NCBI GenBank assembly: GCA_963826785.1
Contig: CAWGYD010000006.1
Location: 384,001-448,000 of the forward strand
From: an uncultured delta proteobacterium
GTDB taxonomy: Bacteria; Desulfobacterota; Desulfobacteria; Desulfobacterales; Desulfosalsimonadaceae
DNA length: 64,000 nt
Direction of reading: 5' to 3'
The notes beneath the pieces were generated by a model. That model did not search any database and was not told where the DNA came from. It saw only the letters and a program-made list of their open reading frames with translations. Position numbers and translations under genes: made by a program. This document shows positions 53,911 to 64,000 of the stretch, piece by piece; position 1 is the first letter of the stretch, and each line of letters starts with the position of its first letter.

Positions 53911-54060
53911 AGGCGTTTTGCCACAGGCGAACCGATTAAATCCGGCTTAATTTCCACTCCCTGCAAAGCCCCGGCCGCAGCCTTGAAAAACGGCCGGGTC
54001 TGCGGCCTGCCGGAATTTCTCAGCACCCGTTTAAAAATATATTGCAAATCGGATAAAAAA

Positions 54061-54078
54061 TAAGTAAGTGCTTACTTA
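54061..54078. promoter_or_regulatory. Palindromic operator, probably TetR-type
   Basis: TAAGTAAG-TG-CTTACTTA, about 60 nt upstream of the thiolase start. Confidence 0.6.
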
Positions 54079-54136
54079 ATAGCGAGTTTTTTTGAGAAAT
54101 CCCTTCACCTGAATTGATCATCGCCGGGAGTCGAAA

Positions 54137-55379
54137 ATGAGTCAAGACATCTATATTATCGGTTCGACCATGATCCGGTTCGGCAAGTACCTGGAGCGAT
54201 CCATCAAGGATCTGTCCGGAGAAGCGCTGGGCCTGGTGCTCAAGGATTGCGGCCTGGAAAAGAAAGACATCGAGGCCGCCTGGTTTTCAAATACCGGATG
54301 GGGCATGACCGATTTCCAGCACTGCATCCGGGGCCAGGTGGCGCTGTCCGCCAACGGCCTGGAAAAGATCCCCATGATTAATGTGGAAAACGCCTGCGCC
54401 AGCGCCAGCACCGCCCTGCACGGGGCCTGGACCGCCATTAAGGCCGGGCTCTATGACTGCGTACTGGCCATTGGCGCGGAAAAAGTCTACAGCAACGACC
54501 GGACCCAGATGATGAAGGGGTTCATGTCCGGAACGGATGTGGAATTCACCACCCGGTATATCGAGCATCTCAAGCAGCAGGCCAGGGAAAAGGCCAACGG
54601 CGGAGCAAGGTGCGCCCCAAAAGCCGGAAAAAAAGGGGGGGCATTCGGTCTTCATGGATTTTTACGCCTTTGGCGCCCGGGAGCACATGAAGGCCTATGG
54701 CACCACCCAGCGGCAGCTGGCCGTCATCGCCGCCAAGGCCCACAATAATTCCACGCTAAATCCCCTGGCCCAGTATACGTTTCCCCAGACCGTGGAGGAG
54801 GTTTTGGCCGATTACGAGGTGGCCTGGCCACTGACCCGGGCCATGTGCGCCCCGGTGGGCGACGGCGCCGCAGCGGCCATCCTGTGCTCGGAAAAATTTT
54901 TAAAAACGCTTTCCGGGGTTCGCCCGGTGCGGATTTTAGCCTCGGTGCTGCGCTCGGGGTCCTGGCAGGAAAACGACATCAGCAAACGTGCCGCCAAAGC
55001 CGCCTATGAAATGGCGGGCGTGGGGCCGCAAGACATCCAGATGGCCGAAGTGCATGATGCCACTGCATTCGGCGAACTCCACCAGACGGAGCAGCTCGGG
55101 TTCTGCCCCGTAGGCCAAGGCGGCGCTTTTGCCGAAAGCGGGGCCACGGCCCTGTCCGGGCGCCTGCCGGTCAACCCCAGCGGCGGACTGATCGCCCGGG
55201 GCCATCCCATCGGCGCCTCCGGCCTGGCCCAGATCTATGAACTGGTAACCCAGCTGAGGGGCGAAGCCGGTGCGCGCCAGGCGGGTAATGCACCCCGCAT
55301 TGCCATGGCCGAAAACGGCGGCGGCACCATCGGCACCGGCGAGGCGGCCATGTGTATTCATATCCTGGAGAAAGCGTGA
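54137..55379 (+). CDS. SCP2-type thiolase, frameshift near 54600-54640
   Basis: NVENACASAS, DGAAA, EVHDA, NPSGG and GHPIGASG. Confidence 0.88.
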
Positions 55380-55448
55380 TTGAACGGGGTCGGAATCGGT
55401 ATCGATATCGATATAAAACCCATTAATGGTGTGGGTTCACAGGCCCTT

Positions 55449-55533
55449 GACACCCCCCTGCCCCCCTCAAGGGGGGATTCAAGACTTGATACTTTTGTTT
55501 TAAATCCCCCCTTGAGGGGGGCAGGGGGGTGTC
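55449..55533. repeat. REP-like inverted doublet
   Basis: Same arms as the 32135 copy with a unique spacer. Confidence 0.9.
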
Positions 55534-55584
55534 CGAACTCTTGAATCTTGAATTTTCAATTTTGAATCTGCATGGAGGGCCCGC

Positions 55585-56202
55585 TTGCCCAGAAAACGAA
55601 TGACCGCCGACGAACGGCGCCAATCTTTGATCGAAGCCACCATCAAGGTGGTGGCCAAAACCAACTACGACCGGGCGACCACGGCCAAAATCGCCAAGAC
55701 CGCCGGGGTGAACGAGGCCCTGATTTACAGTCATTTTCCCGGAAAAAAAGAGCTCCAGCTGGCCACCCTGGACTACCTGGTCGGTTTCCGGCTGTCCATC
55801 TACAGTTCAAATCCCGTGTTTCTTCCCGAAAACGCGGACCAAAGCATCATGCATGCCTTGAACCTGCAATACCTGGAACGGATCCTTTCGCCCGACATCG
55901 ACATGTTCAACTGCATTTTAAAGGCCATGTACGCCATCGATGCCGATATCCGGGAAAAAGGGTTCCAGTGCTCACAGGCGCTCCATCAGTTCATCAAAAA
56001 CAACCTGCTGGAAGATGCCCGGCGGGGGTTTTTCGACACCAATCGGTTCGATCCCGACATCATCGCATGGGAAAGCCTTTCCCGGATCATGCTGCTCTCC
56101 ACCCTGGCCATCAATAACAAGCTCGACGTTTACGGCCGGGAAAACATGGAAACCGCGGTTCGGGATTTTGAATCCATTTATTTACGCAAAAAAAACCGGT
56201 GA
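55585..56202 (+). CDS. TetR-family regulator
   Basis: ATTAKIAKTAGVNEALIYSHFPGKKEL HTH. Confidence 0.9.
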   Translation: MPRKRMTADERRQSLIEATIKVVAKTNYDRATTAKIAKTAGVNEALIYSHFPGKKELQLATLDYLVGFRLSIYSSNPVFLPENADQSIMHALNLQYLERILSPDIDMFNCILKAMYAIDADIREKGFQCSQALHQFIKNNLLEDARRGFFDTNRFDPDIIAWESLSRIMLLSTLAINNKLDVYGRENMETAVRDFESIYLRKKNR

Positions 56203-56216
56203 AAAGGAGTAGCGTC

Positions 56217-56966
56217 ATGAAAGAGGCCCAAACGGTCAAACAGCCGGCCGAACAGATGGCCTTGTCCCAATGGACGCCGGTGGAGGAAGTCATCTTCCGG
56301 CGCCGGAGCACCCGGGCGTTTCAGAAAACCCCCCTTCCCGATTTCATGATCCGGCGGATACTGGAGGCCGGCCGCTTTGCCCCGTCGGCCGGAAACAGCC
56401 AGCCCTGGCGGTTTGCGGTGGTCAACAGCCCGGAAATCATCGCGGAAATGGAAAAAGACGCCATTAAAATCTGCAAACAGATGATGTTTATTCTGGATTA
56501 CACCCGGAGCCGGGCGCGCAATCTTCTGCTCAAGCCCATCTCCAAATTTTTCATCCGGCTGCGGCACAACGAACTGCACCCGGTCCCCTTCGGTCTGCTT
56601 AAAGCCATCGCCGAAGACCGGGCACCGGTGTTTCACGGGACGCCCACCCTCATCCTGCTCTTCGAGGACAAGCGCGGGGTGTCGTGCCCGGCCACAGACA
56701 TCGGCATCTGCGGCCAGAACATGATCATCGCCGCCCATTCCATGGGAGCGGCCACCTGCTGGATCGGGCTGATCAAGCTGCTCATGTATCAGCCGAAATG
56801 GAAAAAATTCTTCGGGGTAAAATACCCCTATGCGCTCAACAACTGCATAGCCGTGGGCTGGCCCCGGGTGGCCTCGGACGGCCCGGTGCCCCGGGAGGTG
56901 CAGAAAGTGGAATGGTATACGGGACAGATTTCCGATCCGCCCCGTATCGAAAGACAGGGGGAATGA
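56217..56966 (+). CDS. Nitroreductase-family flavoprotein
   Basis: RRRSTRAF, APSAGNSQPW and QNMIIAAHSMG. Confidence 0.88.
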   Translation: MKEAQTVKQPAEQMALSQWTPVEEVIFRRRSTRAFQKTPLPDFMIRRILEAGRFAPSAGNSQPWRFAVVNSPEIIAEMEKDAIKICKQMMFILDYTRSRARNLLLKPISKFFIRLRHNELHPVPFGLLKAIAEDRAPVFHGTPTLILLFEDKRGVSCPATDIGICGQNMIIAAHSMGAATCWIGLIKLLMYQPKWKKFFGVKYPYALNNCIAVGWPRVASDGPVPREVQKVEWYTGQISDPPRIERQGE

Positions 56967-56967
56967 C

Positions 56968-59102
56968 ATGACAGATATTCAATTTTCCCGATGGACGAAA
57001 ATTCCGGATTACAACAGCGCCGAAGACATGACCACGGGGCAGCTGTTTTTTGATGAACAAAAATGCAAACAGTGCGGCATCTGCACCTGGATCTGCCCGG
57101 CCCGCTCCATCCGGCGGGATAAGCGCCCGGGCGCATGGCGGGCCGGCCTGCCCCGGCTGATTCCCACCGCCCCAGGCGTGACCGAATGCATCGCCTGCGG
57201 ATGCTGCGGCGTGTCGTGTCCTGAAGGGGCCATTTCCATTGCCCGTTCCTTTGCGCCGGGCCATTTTTTCCGGCGCCTGACCCAGACCGCAGACCTTCGC
57301 TTCCCCAGGTGCTATACCGATGCCGATGCGCCCACGGAGGAGCACCGGAGCAGTGATGAAACAGCGGAAAAGGCCTCAAAAAAGCTGCCCCGTGATCTGG
57401 CGAAAAAATTCAAGCGCCGGCAATTAAAACTGGCGGGCGCCGCAGCCAGAAGCGTCATGCGCCTGACGGCCGAGCAGATCGCTGCCGGTCGGTTTTTTGC
57501 GGATATGCGCGAAAAGCGCCGGGGAAAGAGCACCGATATTTCCTGGTCCGAGCTGCTGGAGCGGCGGGCCGGCCAGGTGGGTGAAAAATTGTTTTTAAAG
57601 TATCGGGATGAAACCTTCACCTACCGGCAGATGGATGAAAACGCCAACCGGGCGGCCCATTTCCTGCTCAGCCTCGGGGGCGGGCCGGGTAAGGGGCTGG
57701 GAATCTTCATGCGCAATTCCCCGCGGTTCCTGGATATCTTCTTCGGCGCCCAGAAGATCGGCATGTACCTGGTGCCCATCAACCCGGAGCTCAAGGGCGA
57801 CGGCCTGGTCTACCTGGTCAACCACAGCGACATCGAGTTTCTGGCACTGGATGCCGAGCTGCTGGATTCGGTTCAGCCCGCTTTATCCCGGTTTGAACAG
57901 GTCCGCACCGTCATCGTCGACGATGTTGAAAAAGAGGCCGAAGGCATTCCCATTCCAGGAGAATTCGAACGGCTGTCCCCCGCCTATGACCTGTCTTCGG
58001 AAAACCCCGGCATCGGCCACAACCCGGATGACATCTGCCTGATTATCTACACCTCCGGAACCACCGGCCCGCCCAAGGGGGTGGTCTACCGGTACCGGAC
58101 CTCCTCGGTCAAGCGGCTGATGTTTTTCGGCAATATATTCGTTGAAAAGGAAGACACCTACTACACCTGTCTTCCCTTGTGCCACGGCAATGCCCTGTTC
58201 ATCACCACCACCATGACCCTGGCCGCAAAAGCCACCATGGCCCTGTCCCGCAAGTTTTCCGCCAGCCGGTTCTGGGATGAGATCCGGCAATATGATGCCA
58301 CCCTGTTTAACACCATCGGCTCCATCATCCCCATCCTGATGAAGCAGCCGGAAAATAAGACCGATGCTGAACACCGGGTGCGGGTGGTCTTTTCCGCCGC
58401 CTGCCCGACGGAAATGTGGGAGCCCTTTGAAAAGCGGTTCGGGGTCACCCTGTACGAGGGATACGGCGCCGTGGACGGCGGGCGGCAAGGGGATCATGAA
58501 CCTGGGGACCGCGCCGGTAGGGTCTTTGGGCAAGCCCACCGGCGGCGCCAAAGTCGATCCGCATCGCGGATGAAAACGGCAATCCGCTGCCTGCCGGCCA
58601 GGTGGGCGAACTGATGTTCAAGATGAAAGCGGGCGAAAGCCGTGTGGCCTACTACAAGAATGAAGATGCCTCCCGGAATAAATCCGGGGACGGCTGGCTG
58701 CGCACCGGCGACCTGGTCCGGTCCGACGAATACGGATTTCTCTATTTTGTGGGCAGAAACACGGAATCGATGCGCAAAAGCGGCGAAAATGTGTCGGCCT
58801 ACGAGGTGGAGCACGTCATTCTGGATCACCCGGCGGTGGAAGACGCGGCCGTCTACGCGGTGCCATCCGAGATGAGCGAGGACGAGATCATGGCTGCGGT
58901 GAAGAAGGTGGACGGACAGGGCGTCTCCGCGCCGGAGCTCAGGGCATTTCTTTCCGAACGCCTGGCCAGGTATGCCGTCCCCCGCTACATCCGGTTTGTG
59001 GATGAATTTCCCAAGACCACCAGCCACCGGATCATCAAACGGGTGCTGGAGGATGAGGGGGTGACAGGAGATACATTTGATGCACTGGGGGTGAACCGAT
59101 GA
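56968..59102 (+). CDS. 2x[4Fe-4S] ferredoxin domain fused to a CaiC-like AMP-forming acyl-CoA ligase; frameshifts near 58480-58560
   Basis: CKQCGICTWICP and CIACGCCGVSCP; YTSGTTGPPKG, YEGYG, RTGDL, GENVS and PKT. Confidence 0.8.
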
Positions 59103-59938
59103 AAAAGTTTCCGGAAAAACGGATTGTCATTACAGGCGGCGGCAGCGGTCTGGGCCGCACCCTGGCCCTTGATTTTGCTAAAAAAGGGTGGAAGGTGGCC
59201 GTCAGCGACATCAATCGGGAACGTGCCGACGAAACCGCGCGGGATGTCGATTCTGCCGGCGGGACCGGATTGGCGGTACATGGCGATGTGGCCCGCCTGG
59301 AAGACATCGAAGCGCTCGCCCGAGCGGTAACCGAGCAATGGGGCGGGGCCGACATCATCGTCAACAACGCCGGGGTCCCGGTGGCCGGTTTCGTGGACCA
59401 GATCCCCATGGAAGACTGGAAATGGGAAATCGATATCAATCTCATGGGGGTCATCCACGGGTGCCGGACATTCATCCCCTTGTTCAAACGCCAGGGCGGT
59501 GGCCACATTGTGAACATCGCCTCATCGGCGGGCATCTGCTCCCTTGCAGAAATGGCCCCGTACAACGTCACCAAGGCCGGGGTGATTTCGCTGTCCGAAA
59601 CCCTGCGGGTGGAGCTGTCCGGTGAAAACATCGGGGTGAGCGTGGTCTGCCCCACCTTTTTCAAGACCAATCTGCTGGACCAGTACCGGTGCACGGAAGA
59701 CCGCCAGCGGCAGATGGCCCAGGCCTTTTTCGCCAAATCCAAATGCAGCGCCGAAGACATCAGCCGCCACATTATCTCCTCCATCGAGAAAAACCGGCTC
59801 TATGTCCTCACCCAGGCCGATGCCAAGTTTTTCTGGTTGCTCAAACGGCTGATGCCCCAGACGTTTTACACGGTCATGGGGTGGGTCTACCGGAAAAAAT
59901 TACTGGAAAAGGCGCTGGGGATCGCTCCGGCCAATTAA
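59099..59938 (+). CDS. SDR oxidoreductase
   Basis: TGGGSGLG, NNAG and YNVTK. Confidence 0.92.
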   Translation: MKKFPEKRIVITGGGSGLGRTLALDFAKKGWKVAVSDINRERADETARDVDSAGGTGLAVHGDVARLEDIEALARAVTEQWGGADIIVNNAGVPVAGFVDQIPMEDWKWEIDINLMGVIHGCRTFIPLFKRQGGGHIVNIASSAGICSLAEMAPYNVTKAGVISLSETLRVELSGENIGVSVVCPTFFKTNLLDQYRCTEDRQRQMAQAFFAKSKCSAEDISRHIISSIEKNRLYVLTQADAKFFWLLKRLMPQTFYTVMGWVYRKKLLEKALGIAPAN

Positions 59939-59997
59939 GGGTCCGTCCCGACATAAGGGTTATCGATTTGGTGTCGAGGCGCCTGCCGTATCCTCTC

Positions 59998-60074
59998 CGT
60001 CATTCCGGCAGTTTTTTAAGCCGGAATCCAGTAGTTTTAGCATGTCATAGACTCCGGCTTTCGCCAGAGTGACG
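59998..60074. repeat. REP doublet of the GTCATTCCGGC type
   Basis: CGTCATTCCGGC...GCCGGAATCCAG ... AGACTCCGGCTTTCGCCAGAGTGACG. Confidence 0.7.
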
Positions 60075-60130
60075 AACTTTGAATTTTTTATGGATTCATC
60101 AAATGAAAATTGTGAATTGCCCATTGGTGA

Positions 60131-61660
60131 ATGGATAAACAAGAACAGGAGCAGCCCATGATTTCCCGATCTGAAGTCAAGCAATACGCCAACCGCTATC
60201 CCCGGTTTATAGACATGACCTGCAGCCTGCCCGCCGCGCCGAAGATGCCTGCATTGATGGTGCGCGAAACCCGCAAGGTGGTGGCCCTGGCCCGGAAATT
60301 CAACCAGGAGGTGATCCGGCCCTATGCGCTGGAGCTGGACCGGAAGCTGCACGAAAACCCGGATTTTCTCCCCTGGGACTTCGTGGAAAAAGCCAATGAC
60401 TGGGGGTTTTATACCATGTGGATCCCCAAGATCTTCGGCGGCAGGGGCTATTCCATGCCCTCCATGTGCTATTTCATCGAGGAGATCGCCTCGGCGTGCC
60501 TCGCCATGGCCAACCTCATCGGGGTGCATTACCTGGGCGTTTCCACCCTCACCGCCACCTGGAACATGCGGCTGATCAACCGCATCTGCCGGGAGGTGGC
60601 CGCCGGCGAAAAAAATCATACGCCCTGCATGATCACCCTGGCCATCACGGAGCCCGGGGCCGGCACCGATGTGGAGGAGATCGACCTGGTGGACAAGGGG
60701 AGCGTGACCTGCCATGCCCAAAAGGTGGAGGGCGGGTATAAGCTAAACGGCACCAAAATCTTTATTTCCAACGGGCATCTCTCTCTCTGGCACATGGTGA
60801 TCGCCTACTCGGATCTGGACAAGCCGTCGGATACCACGGTGGCCCTGGCGGTCAAGACCGGCACCCCCGGGTTTTCCTTCGGCCGCAAGGAAAACAAGAT
60901 GGGGCAGAAGGGGTGCCCGGCCAGTGAACTGATCTTCAAAGACTGCTTTGTCGCCGACGACCTGGTGTGCATGGCCCCGGAGCAGATGACCAACAGCCGC
61001 CGGCCCTACCGGGAAGTCAACATGCAGATGATCGATTTTGTGGTGTCGGCCACCCGGGCCGGGGTGGGGGCATTTGCCACGGGCGCGGCCCGGGGGGCGT
61101 ATGCGGCGGCCCTGGCGTTTGCCTCGGAAACCGAGGTGGCTGGAAAGCTTCTGATCAACCACGAATGGGCCCAGTGCATGCTGGCGGAGATGTACAAGAA
61201 CATCGCCCTGTCGCGGCTCTCCTATGCGGAAACCAATTATGCCAACAGCATCTATGGTTTTTTCCGGGAAATCCAGAAAAAGCCCATGTACTATTATTAC
61301 AAGATGATGCCGGTCAGCTGGCTGGGAAAAATGGTCCCTCCCCTGATGGAAAAACCCTGGGCCACCACCTGGTTTCGAAAAAAGCAGATGGATGGCCAGA
61401 CCGATGAAGAGATCCACCGCACCTCCGGGTGGGCGTCTCTCTCCAAGTTCGCGGCCACCGATTTCGGCATCAAGACCTGCCACATGGCACTGGAGATGAT
61501 GGGACAGGCCGGGCTGCGGCATGACAGGGGCGCGGAAAAAATCCTGCGGGATGCCAAGCTGCTCCAGATTTACGAAGGCACCAACCAGCTCAACCGCTTG
61601 AACCTGTTTAAATGCCTCATCGCCCCGGAATTTCCCCAAGCCGTAATATTTGAAGAATGA
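60131..61660 (+). CDS. Acyl-CoA dehydrogenase family protein with an internal insert
   Basis: AITEPGAGTD, LNGTKIFISNG, KMG and RDAKLLQIYEGTNQ. Confidence 0.9.
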   Translation: MDKQEQEQPMISRSEVKQYANRYPRFIDMTCSLPAAPKMPALMVRETRKVVALARKFNQEVIRPYALELDRKLHENPDFLPWDFVEKANDWGFYTMWIPKIFGGRGYSMPSMCYFIEEIASACLAMANLIGVHYLGVSTLTATWNMRLINRICREVAAGEKNHTPCMITLAITEPGAGTDVEEIDLVDKGSVTCHAQKVEGGYKLNGTKIFISNGHLSLWHMVIAYSDLDKPSDTTVALAVKTGTPGFSFGRKENKMGQKGCPASELIFKDCFVADDLVCMAPEQMTNSRRPYREVNMQMIDFVVSATRAGVGAFATGAARGAYAAALAFASETEVAGKLLINHEWAQCMLAEMYKNIALSRLSYAETNYANSIYGFFREIQKKPMYYYYKMMPVSWLGKMVPPLMEKPWATTWFRKKQMDGQTDEEIHRTSGWASLSKFAATDFGIKTCHMALEMMGQAGLRHDRGAEKILRDAKLLQIYEGTNQLNRLNLFKCLIAPEFPQAVIFEE

Positions 61661-61692
61661 AAGAAAATGAAAGACCCTTGTCCAAGCCGCCT

Positions 61693-61911
61693 GACACCCC
61701 CCCTTAGCCCCCCTCGAGGGGGGAATTATCTTTTTTGAGACGAGAACGATTTCATACATGCCGCTTAAAATTATAAATAGCCCAATCCAAATCCCTCTTC
61801 GAGGGGGGCAAAAGGGCGCCCCCTCAGGGAAGCAAAATTGCCCGATTTTTTCTCAGGCGAAATGAAGGTTATCAAATATATTCCCCCCTTGAGGGGGGCT
61901 AGGGGGGTGTC
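61693..61911. repeat. Expanded REP-like element (left arm, degenerate inner unit, right arm)
   Basis: GACACCCCCCCTTAGCCCCCCTCGAGGGGGG ... CCCCCCTTGAGGGGGGCTAGGGGGGTGTC, about 220 bp apart. Confidence 0.85.
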
Positions 61912-61989
61912 GATGCAGACGGGGACAAAATCATTGACCGATAACAAAAAGATAAAAAGCGGAATTGACAATATCCAGGAGGAACTTTC

Positions 61990-63111
61990 ATGATCGCCGG
62001 AAAAGACAAAGAACTCAATCTGCTGGACAAGGCGTCCGCCGAGTTTGCGAAAAAAGAGCTCGCCCCCCAGCGTGAAGCAAATGACAAATTCCCCTTCGGG
62101 CCGTTTTTTGATCCGGTCCTGAAAAAAGCGCATGACCTCGAATTCTTCCATGTCATGCTCCCCGAGGATCTGGGCGGCATCGGCCACGGCATGGCCGGGC
62201 TGTGCATCGTGCTTGCCAACATCTGCAAAGAAGACGCCAGTCTGGGGGGGATTCTGTTCACCCACACCGCGGCCTGTGAGCTGATGATGGCGGCCGGGGC
62301 CCAAGCCCGGGTCAAAACCATTGCCGCAGATTCGGACGATATCAAAAAATTTCTCATCGCCCTGCCCGTGTTCAACAACCCGGCGGAAATTTCGCACCTG
62401 GCCCGGGCCGAACAGAAAGACGGCAACTGGGTGTTAAACGGCCGCCTCGAATACGTGGTGCTGGGCGCAATGGCCGGCCACGCCCTCATCCCGGCAAGCA
62501 CCGGCGGCGGCAACGGTTACTCCTGGTTTTTAGTCGATCCGGCATCAAAGGGCGTGGACCGGAGCGACCCGGTGATGAGCCTGGGGCTGCACGCCTGCCC
62601 GGCCGTGGACATGACCTTTGGCGATGCGCCGGCACAACTTTTGGGCGGGGAAGGGAGCGGGGCGGCCATCTTTGGCAAAATGGCCGGGCGGATGCAGCTG
62701 CCCGCGGCCGCCATGTCATTAGGGATCATGAAGGGATCCTTCAGGGAAGCCTTTGAATATACCAAAGGCCGCAAGCAGGGCGGGCGCAAGATCCTGGACT
62801 GGTCGGAAATCCGCATGATGCTTTCCGACATGGTGGTCAAGATCAAATCGGGCGATCTGATCCTGTCGGCCGCCTGCCGGGCCGCCGATGAAAACGCCGC
62901 CGGATGGCAGGCCAGCGCCGAGGCCGCGGCCGTGCGTATCCAGGCCGATGCCTGCGACCTGACCACCGACGGCATCCAGGTCCTGGGCGGCATCGGGTAC
63001 ATGAAAGATTACGGCCAGGAAAAACGGTTCCGGGACGCCAAGCACCTCCAGGCTTTGCTGGGGCTGGCGCCGTTGAAAAAGCTCAAGCTCATCGAGGACA
63101 TGATTCGTTAG
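61990..63111 (+). CDS. Acyl-CoA dehydrogenase family protein (divergent motifs)
   Basis: PEDLGG, LNG, RKQGG and IQVLGGIGYMKDY...RDAK; lacks the TEP and YEG motifs. Confidence 0.85.
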   Translation: MIAGKDKELNLLDKASAEFAKKELAPQREANDKFPFGPFFDPVLKKAHDLEFFHVMLPEDLGGIGHGMAGLCIVLANICKEDASLGGILFTHTAACELMMAAGAQARVKTIAADSDDIKKFLIALPVFNNPAEISHLARAEQKDGNWVLNGRLEYVVLGAMAGHALIPASTGGGNGYSWFLVDPASKGVDRSDPVMSLGLHACPAVDMTFGDAPAQLLGGEGSGAAIFGKMAGRMQLPAAAMSLGIMKGSFREAFEYTKGRKQGGRKILDWSEIRMMLSDMVVKIKSGDLILSAACRAADENAAGWQASAEAAAVRIQADACDLTTDGIQVLGGIGYMKDYGQEKRFRDAKHLQALLGLAPLKKLKLIEDMIR

Positions 63112-63154
63112 AATAGCGCGAAAGTCGAGCAGCGTGAACGCGCTTTGATGTCCG

Positions 63155-63242
63155 ATTCCCCCCTTTCGCAAAGGGGGGCGAGGGGGGATTTAAGACGGCC
63201 TGCACAAAAATCCCCCTAAATCCCCCTTTGAAAAAGGGGGAC
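63155..63242. repeat. Related C/G-run hairpin doublet, second subfamily with arms in the opposite arrangement
   Basis: CCCCCCTTTCGCAAAGGGGGGCGAGGGGGGATT ... AATCCCCCTAAATCCCCCTTTGAAAAAGGGGGAC. Confidence 0.75.
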
Positions 63243-63421
63243 TTCCTCACCGGGAATAATCTTGTTTCTGAGGGTGGTTCGCTTCTTTTCGTTCCTAAAG
63301 TAAATCGAGCGCTCGTTCTTTTTAAAATTGACTTGTTCCTTAAATGGACATACATATTTTTGAGCCGATCATAATCCATCCGTTCTAAACCATCAATCTG
63401 TTCAGATACGAGGAGAAGAGC

Positions 63422-64000
63422 ATGAAGATCGATGACATCAAAACCGTTGCGGTTCTGGGCGCCGGCGACATGGGGCACGGCATCGCAGAAGTGGCCCTAA
63501 TCAATGGATACAAAGTGTTTCTGCGGGACATCAAGCCCGAATTCGTGGAAAAAGGGGTCTCCCGCATTCACGACAGTCTGGCCAAGCTGGTGAGCAAGGG
63601 AAAAGTCCCTGCCGAACATCACGAAAAGATAAAATCCGAACTGCTCGTCCCTGTCACGGATCTGGATGCGGCGGTGAAGGAAGCCGACCTGGTGATCGAG
63701 GCCATCCCGGAGATCATGGATCTCAAAAAAGAGACCTTCCGCCAGATCGACAAATCCGCGCCCGCCCACACCCTGTTTGCCTCTAACACCTCCACCATGA
63801 GCATTTCGGAAATCGCCTCGGTGACCGGCCGCCCTGACAAGATGCTGGGCCTGCACTATTTCAACCCGGCGGTCCTGATGAAGCTGGTGGAAGTGATCAA
63901 GGGGGATCAGACTTCGGAAGAGACCCTGCAGCTGGGGTATGAATTCGTGGTCAAAAACAACAAGGTGCCCGTGCGGGTGAACAAGGACGTACCCGGGTTT
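63422..64000 (+). CDS. 3-hydroxyacyl-CoA dehydrogenase (partial, runs off the right edge)
   Basis: VAVLGAGDMGHGIA, VIEAIPE, ASNTST, GLHYFNP and KDVPGF. Confidence 0.92.
   Translation, partial: MKIDDIKTVAVLGAGDMGHGIAEVALINGYKVFLRDIKPEFVEKGVSRIHDSLAKLVSKGKVPAEHHEKIKSELLVPVTDLDAAVKEADLVIEAIPEIMDLKKETFRQIDKSAPAHTLFASNTSTMSISEIASVTGRPDKMLGLHYFNPAVLMKLVEVIKGDQTSEETLQLGYEFVVKNNKVPVRVNKDVPGF

Noticed and set aside
54600..54640. Programmed frameshift or phase variation at the A7-G7 run in the thiolase
   Set aside because: A homopolymer error is the simpler explanation given the many other indels; cannot be decided without reads.
55386..55570. Short ATCG(A/G)T and TTGAAT(T/C)T tandem runs flanking a REP-like doublet
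   Set aside because: Only 3-4 degenerate copies each; too little to support a function.

Overview
This 64 kb window looks like the chromosome of a sulfate-reducing deltaproteobacterium (Desulfobacterales-like, inferred from gene content only). Left to right: a secreted HExxH protein with a sigma54-type promoter; PRC-barrel and PilZ genes; an IS1634 remnant; an ADP-forming acetate-CoA ligase; PBP1A; a ~16 kb minus-strand envelope/lipid A modification and RND efflux locus with its own two-component system; an ECF Ni/Co transporter; dnaN-gyrB with no dnaA, recF or gyrA; citrate synthase; a run of accessory genes; and the start of a TetR-linked beta-oxidation-type cluster. The accessory genes include a lipoprotein plus a secreted Zn-phospholipase C/P1-like protein, divergent from a multi-TM LuxR regulator. 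Several long genes carry 1-2 nt frameshifts that look like assembly errors. Non-genic structure I could see directly: (i) a family of C-run/G-run REP-like inverted doublets in about 9 places with variable inserts, one pair bracketing the IS1634 fragment; (ii) a 16-bp pseudo-palindrome found five times in the intergenic gaps of the envelope locus; (iii) a 154-bp element with perfect 19-bp inverted ends holding a decayed RAYT N-terminus. I found no rRNA, tRNA or CRISPR array. All family calls are from motif recognition by eye, not database searches.
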